This document shows, piece by piece, positions 62,325 to 64,000 of a stretch of 64,000 nt of DNA (positions within the stretch are counted from its first letter, which is position 1; each line of letters starts with the position of its first letter). The translations under genes were made by a program, and so were the position numbers. This DNA is from Octopus sinensis (taxonomy: Eukaryota). The stretch covers positions 109,740,001 to 109,804,000 of the forward strand of contig NC_043000.1 of the NCBI RefSeq assembly GCF_006345805.1. The letters run 5' to 3'. The notes under the pieces were generated by a model. That model had not been told where the DNA came from. It worked only from the letters and a program-made list of their open reading frames with translations, and did no database searches.

Positions 62325-62362
62325 ACTTTGATGATTTCTAAATTGTGAATTGAAAAAAAAAC
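62325..62362 (+). other. 5'UTR portion of the ATG-containing RhoGAP exon
   Basis: Follows a polypyrimidine tract and AG, and contains an in-frame stop upstream of the ATG. Confidence 0.55.
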
Positions 62363-62528
62363 ATGGAAGGAAGTGTGTTGCCCAGTTCGCTGCTGCTCAA
62401 GTCCCATGAAGCCGGAAGTGACGTGGTCGATATGGACCCTTATTGGAAAGAGTTCCACGATATACGACAAAGCAAGGAATCAATTGGTACAGAAGACAGT
62501 GAAGATGACTTATCCAAGACACCTGATG
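62363..62528 (+). CDS. ARHGAP18: First coding exon of an ARHGAP18/28/40 (conundrum)-family Rho GTPase-activating protein
   Basis: Acceptor tttattgtAG at 62323-62324, in-frame TGA at 62351-62353, AAACATGG start context. Translation MEGSVL...MDPYWKEFHDIRQSK...SKTPD ends at a phase-1 GT donor (62529). MDxYW...KxPD followed by EGExE in the next exon matches my recollection of the ARHGAP18/28 N-terminal motif (MEDYW...KEPDEGELEEEWLKEAGL). The exact paralogue cannot be assigned. Confidence 0.8.
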
Positions 62529-62989
62529 GTAAATTTGCTTCCTCCTCAAATATAATTCTTTACATTTTGACTTTTATTCGATGTTTGCTAACCACATTTT
62601 ATTGTAGACAACATCGGATAGAACACCTCACAGTATTTCTGTTTCCCTAAAACCAAAATGTCACATAGAAAGCATTGGTGATGGTACCACATAAAAAAAA
62701 ACACCCAATACATTCTGTAAAGTGGTTGGTGTTAGGAAGGGCATCCATCTGTAGAAACCAAACCGAAACAGACTGTGGAACCTGGTGCAGCCCCTAGCCT
62801 TGCCAATTCCTGTCAAACTGTCCAACTCATGCCATTAGGGAAAGTGGAGATTAAATGCTGATGATGATGATGATGATGATGATGTCTCCAGCTCTCTACA
62901 TTTTGTGTTCAAATTCTGCTCAGGTCAACTTTAATCTTTTTATCCTTTCAGAGCTAAAAAAAACAAAGATGTCAGAGATGGTAGATTGC

Positions 62990-63360
62990 TTTTACCTTTT
63001 ACTTGTTTCACTCATTGGACAGCAGCCATGCTGGAGCACTGCTTTGATGAGTTTGGTCAGTTTGTTTGATTAACCCAATACTTTTAAATCTGTCAGTCCC
63101 TTTTGCTGACCCACTATGTTACAGAGATATAAACAAACCAACACCAGTTGTTAAGCAAGGAGGGGACACACACAAAGGCATACATACATATACACACACA
63201 AGATGGGCTTCCACACAGTTTCCTTCTACTAAATTCACTTACAAGGCATTGGTCAGCCCAGGGCTATTGGAGAAGACACTTGCTTAATTTTCCATATAGT
63301 GGGACTGAATCCTAAACCAATTGATTGCAAAGTGAGTGTCTTAACCATACAGCCTTACCT
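62990..63360 (-). mobile_element. SINE family A copy inside the RhoGAP intron
   Basis: Reverse complement is collinear with the consensus; lies between the two coding exons. Confidence 0.7.
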
Positions 63361-63712
63361 GGAATTGGAACTTGTGTTATTTGCTTCAATTCTTTGTGTT
63401 TTGAGTTCAAATCCACCATTGGCTACTTGAATGATAAACTTAATCTGTCCATTGGTGAACGCCACCATTTGGCACCTCGGCTGCATTTAGTGGTGTCCAG
63501 TCTTTTGCAAGTATTTGAGTTTGGTTTCTGATATTTGAAGAAGGATCTGGTTTGATTTACCAAAACTTAGCATAGCATGAACTCTACTGAAAATATAAAC
63601 AGAGGTATCTGAAAACTTAGAAGGGTTTTACTTGTCTATATTTAAACATCTTCCATACAAATGAAAAAATATAATATTTTCTAAAAATATGTGATTTATA
63701 TTTGAATTTCAG

Positions 63713-63778
63713 AAGGAGAAATAGAAGCAGAACAGTTAACCAAAATTGGACTTGGACCCATGATATCTCACTTTACTG
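63713..63778 (+). CDS. ARHGAP18: Second coding exon of the ARHGAP18/28/40-like RhoGAP
   Basis: Acceptor gaatttcAG (63711-63712), donor GTaact (63779). 66 nt, phase 1 to phase 1. Joined to the previous exon it reads KTPD-EGEIEAEQLTKIGLGPMISHFT, continuing the family motif in frame. Confidence 0.8.
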
Positions 63779-64000
63779 GTAACTACAGAGCAGTTTATTT
63801 ACTCTTTTAATTCCATATTTCAATTCTTTCCAAATCCTACCAGCTTGTTTGTTTAACATCTGTTTCTCCATGTTAGCATGGGTTAGAAGAACACATTATG
63901 GTAATATTCTTTTCTACAGACACATGTTTGTCCTGTTGCTAACCCTTACCTGTTTTTAAAGTAACCAATATCTCATTTGAAAAGTCTTAACCAATATCTC

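Noticed and set aside
62529-62650. 3' part of the supplied 95-aa ORF 62363-62650
   Set aside because: It runs past a GT donor into AT-rich intron; family similarity continues instead in the 63713 exon.

Overview
AT-rich eukaryotic genomic DNA, dense in microsatellites, SINEs and LINE fragments. The repeat landscape suggests a cephalopod (Octopus-like); this is inferred, not proven. The only host-gene coding sequence I can support is at the far right: the first two coding exons (+ strand, 62363-62528 and 63713-63778) of an ARHGAP18/28/40 (conundrum)-type RhoGAP. Its ATG-bearing exon starts at a splice acceptor, so a non-coding exon must lie upstream. The rest is intergenic or 5'UTR-intron sequence. 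It contains: a young 5'-truncated RTE LINE (60002-61951) with a C4HC3 PHD-type finger inside its RT region; an older RTE copy; many short RTE 3' tails; at least three tRNA-headed SINE families; a decayed DD37D (maT) transposon; a mariner 5' fragment; three stacked R4/Dong-type RLE retrotransposon 3' fragments in a (TAA)n tract; several long fold-back inverted repeats; and a (TA)n-associated, Penelope-like inverted-repeat family, one copy of which carries two minimal hammerhead ribozyme motifs in opposite orientation (29643-29750). No CRISPR array, rRNA or true tRNA gene is supported. Most ORFs in the supplied track are microsatellite or antisense-repeat artefacts. All alignments were done by eye, so repeat boundaries are approximate.
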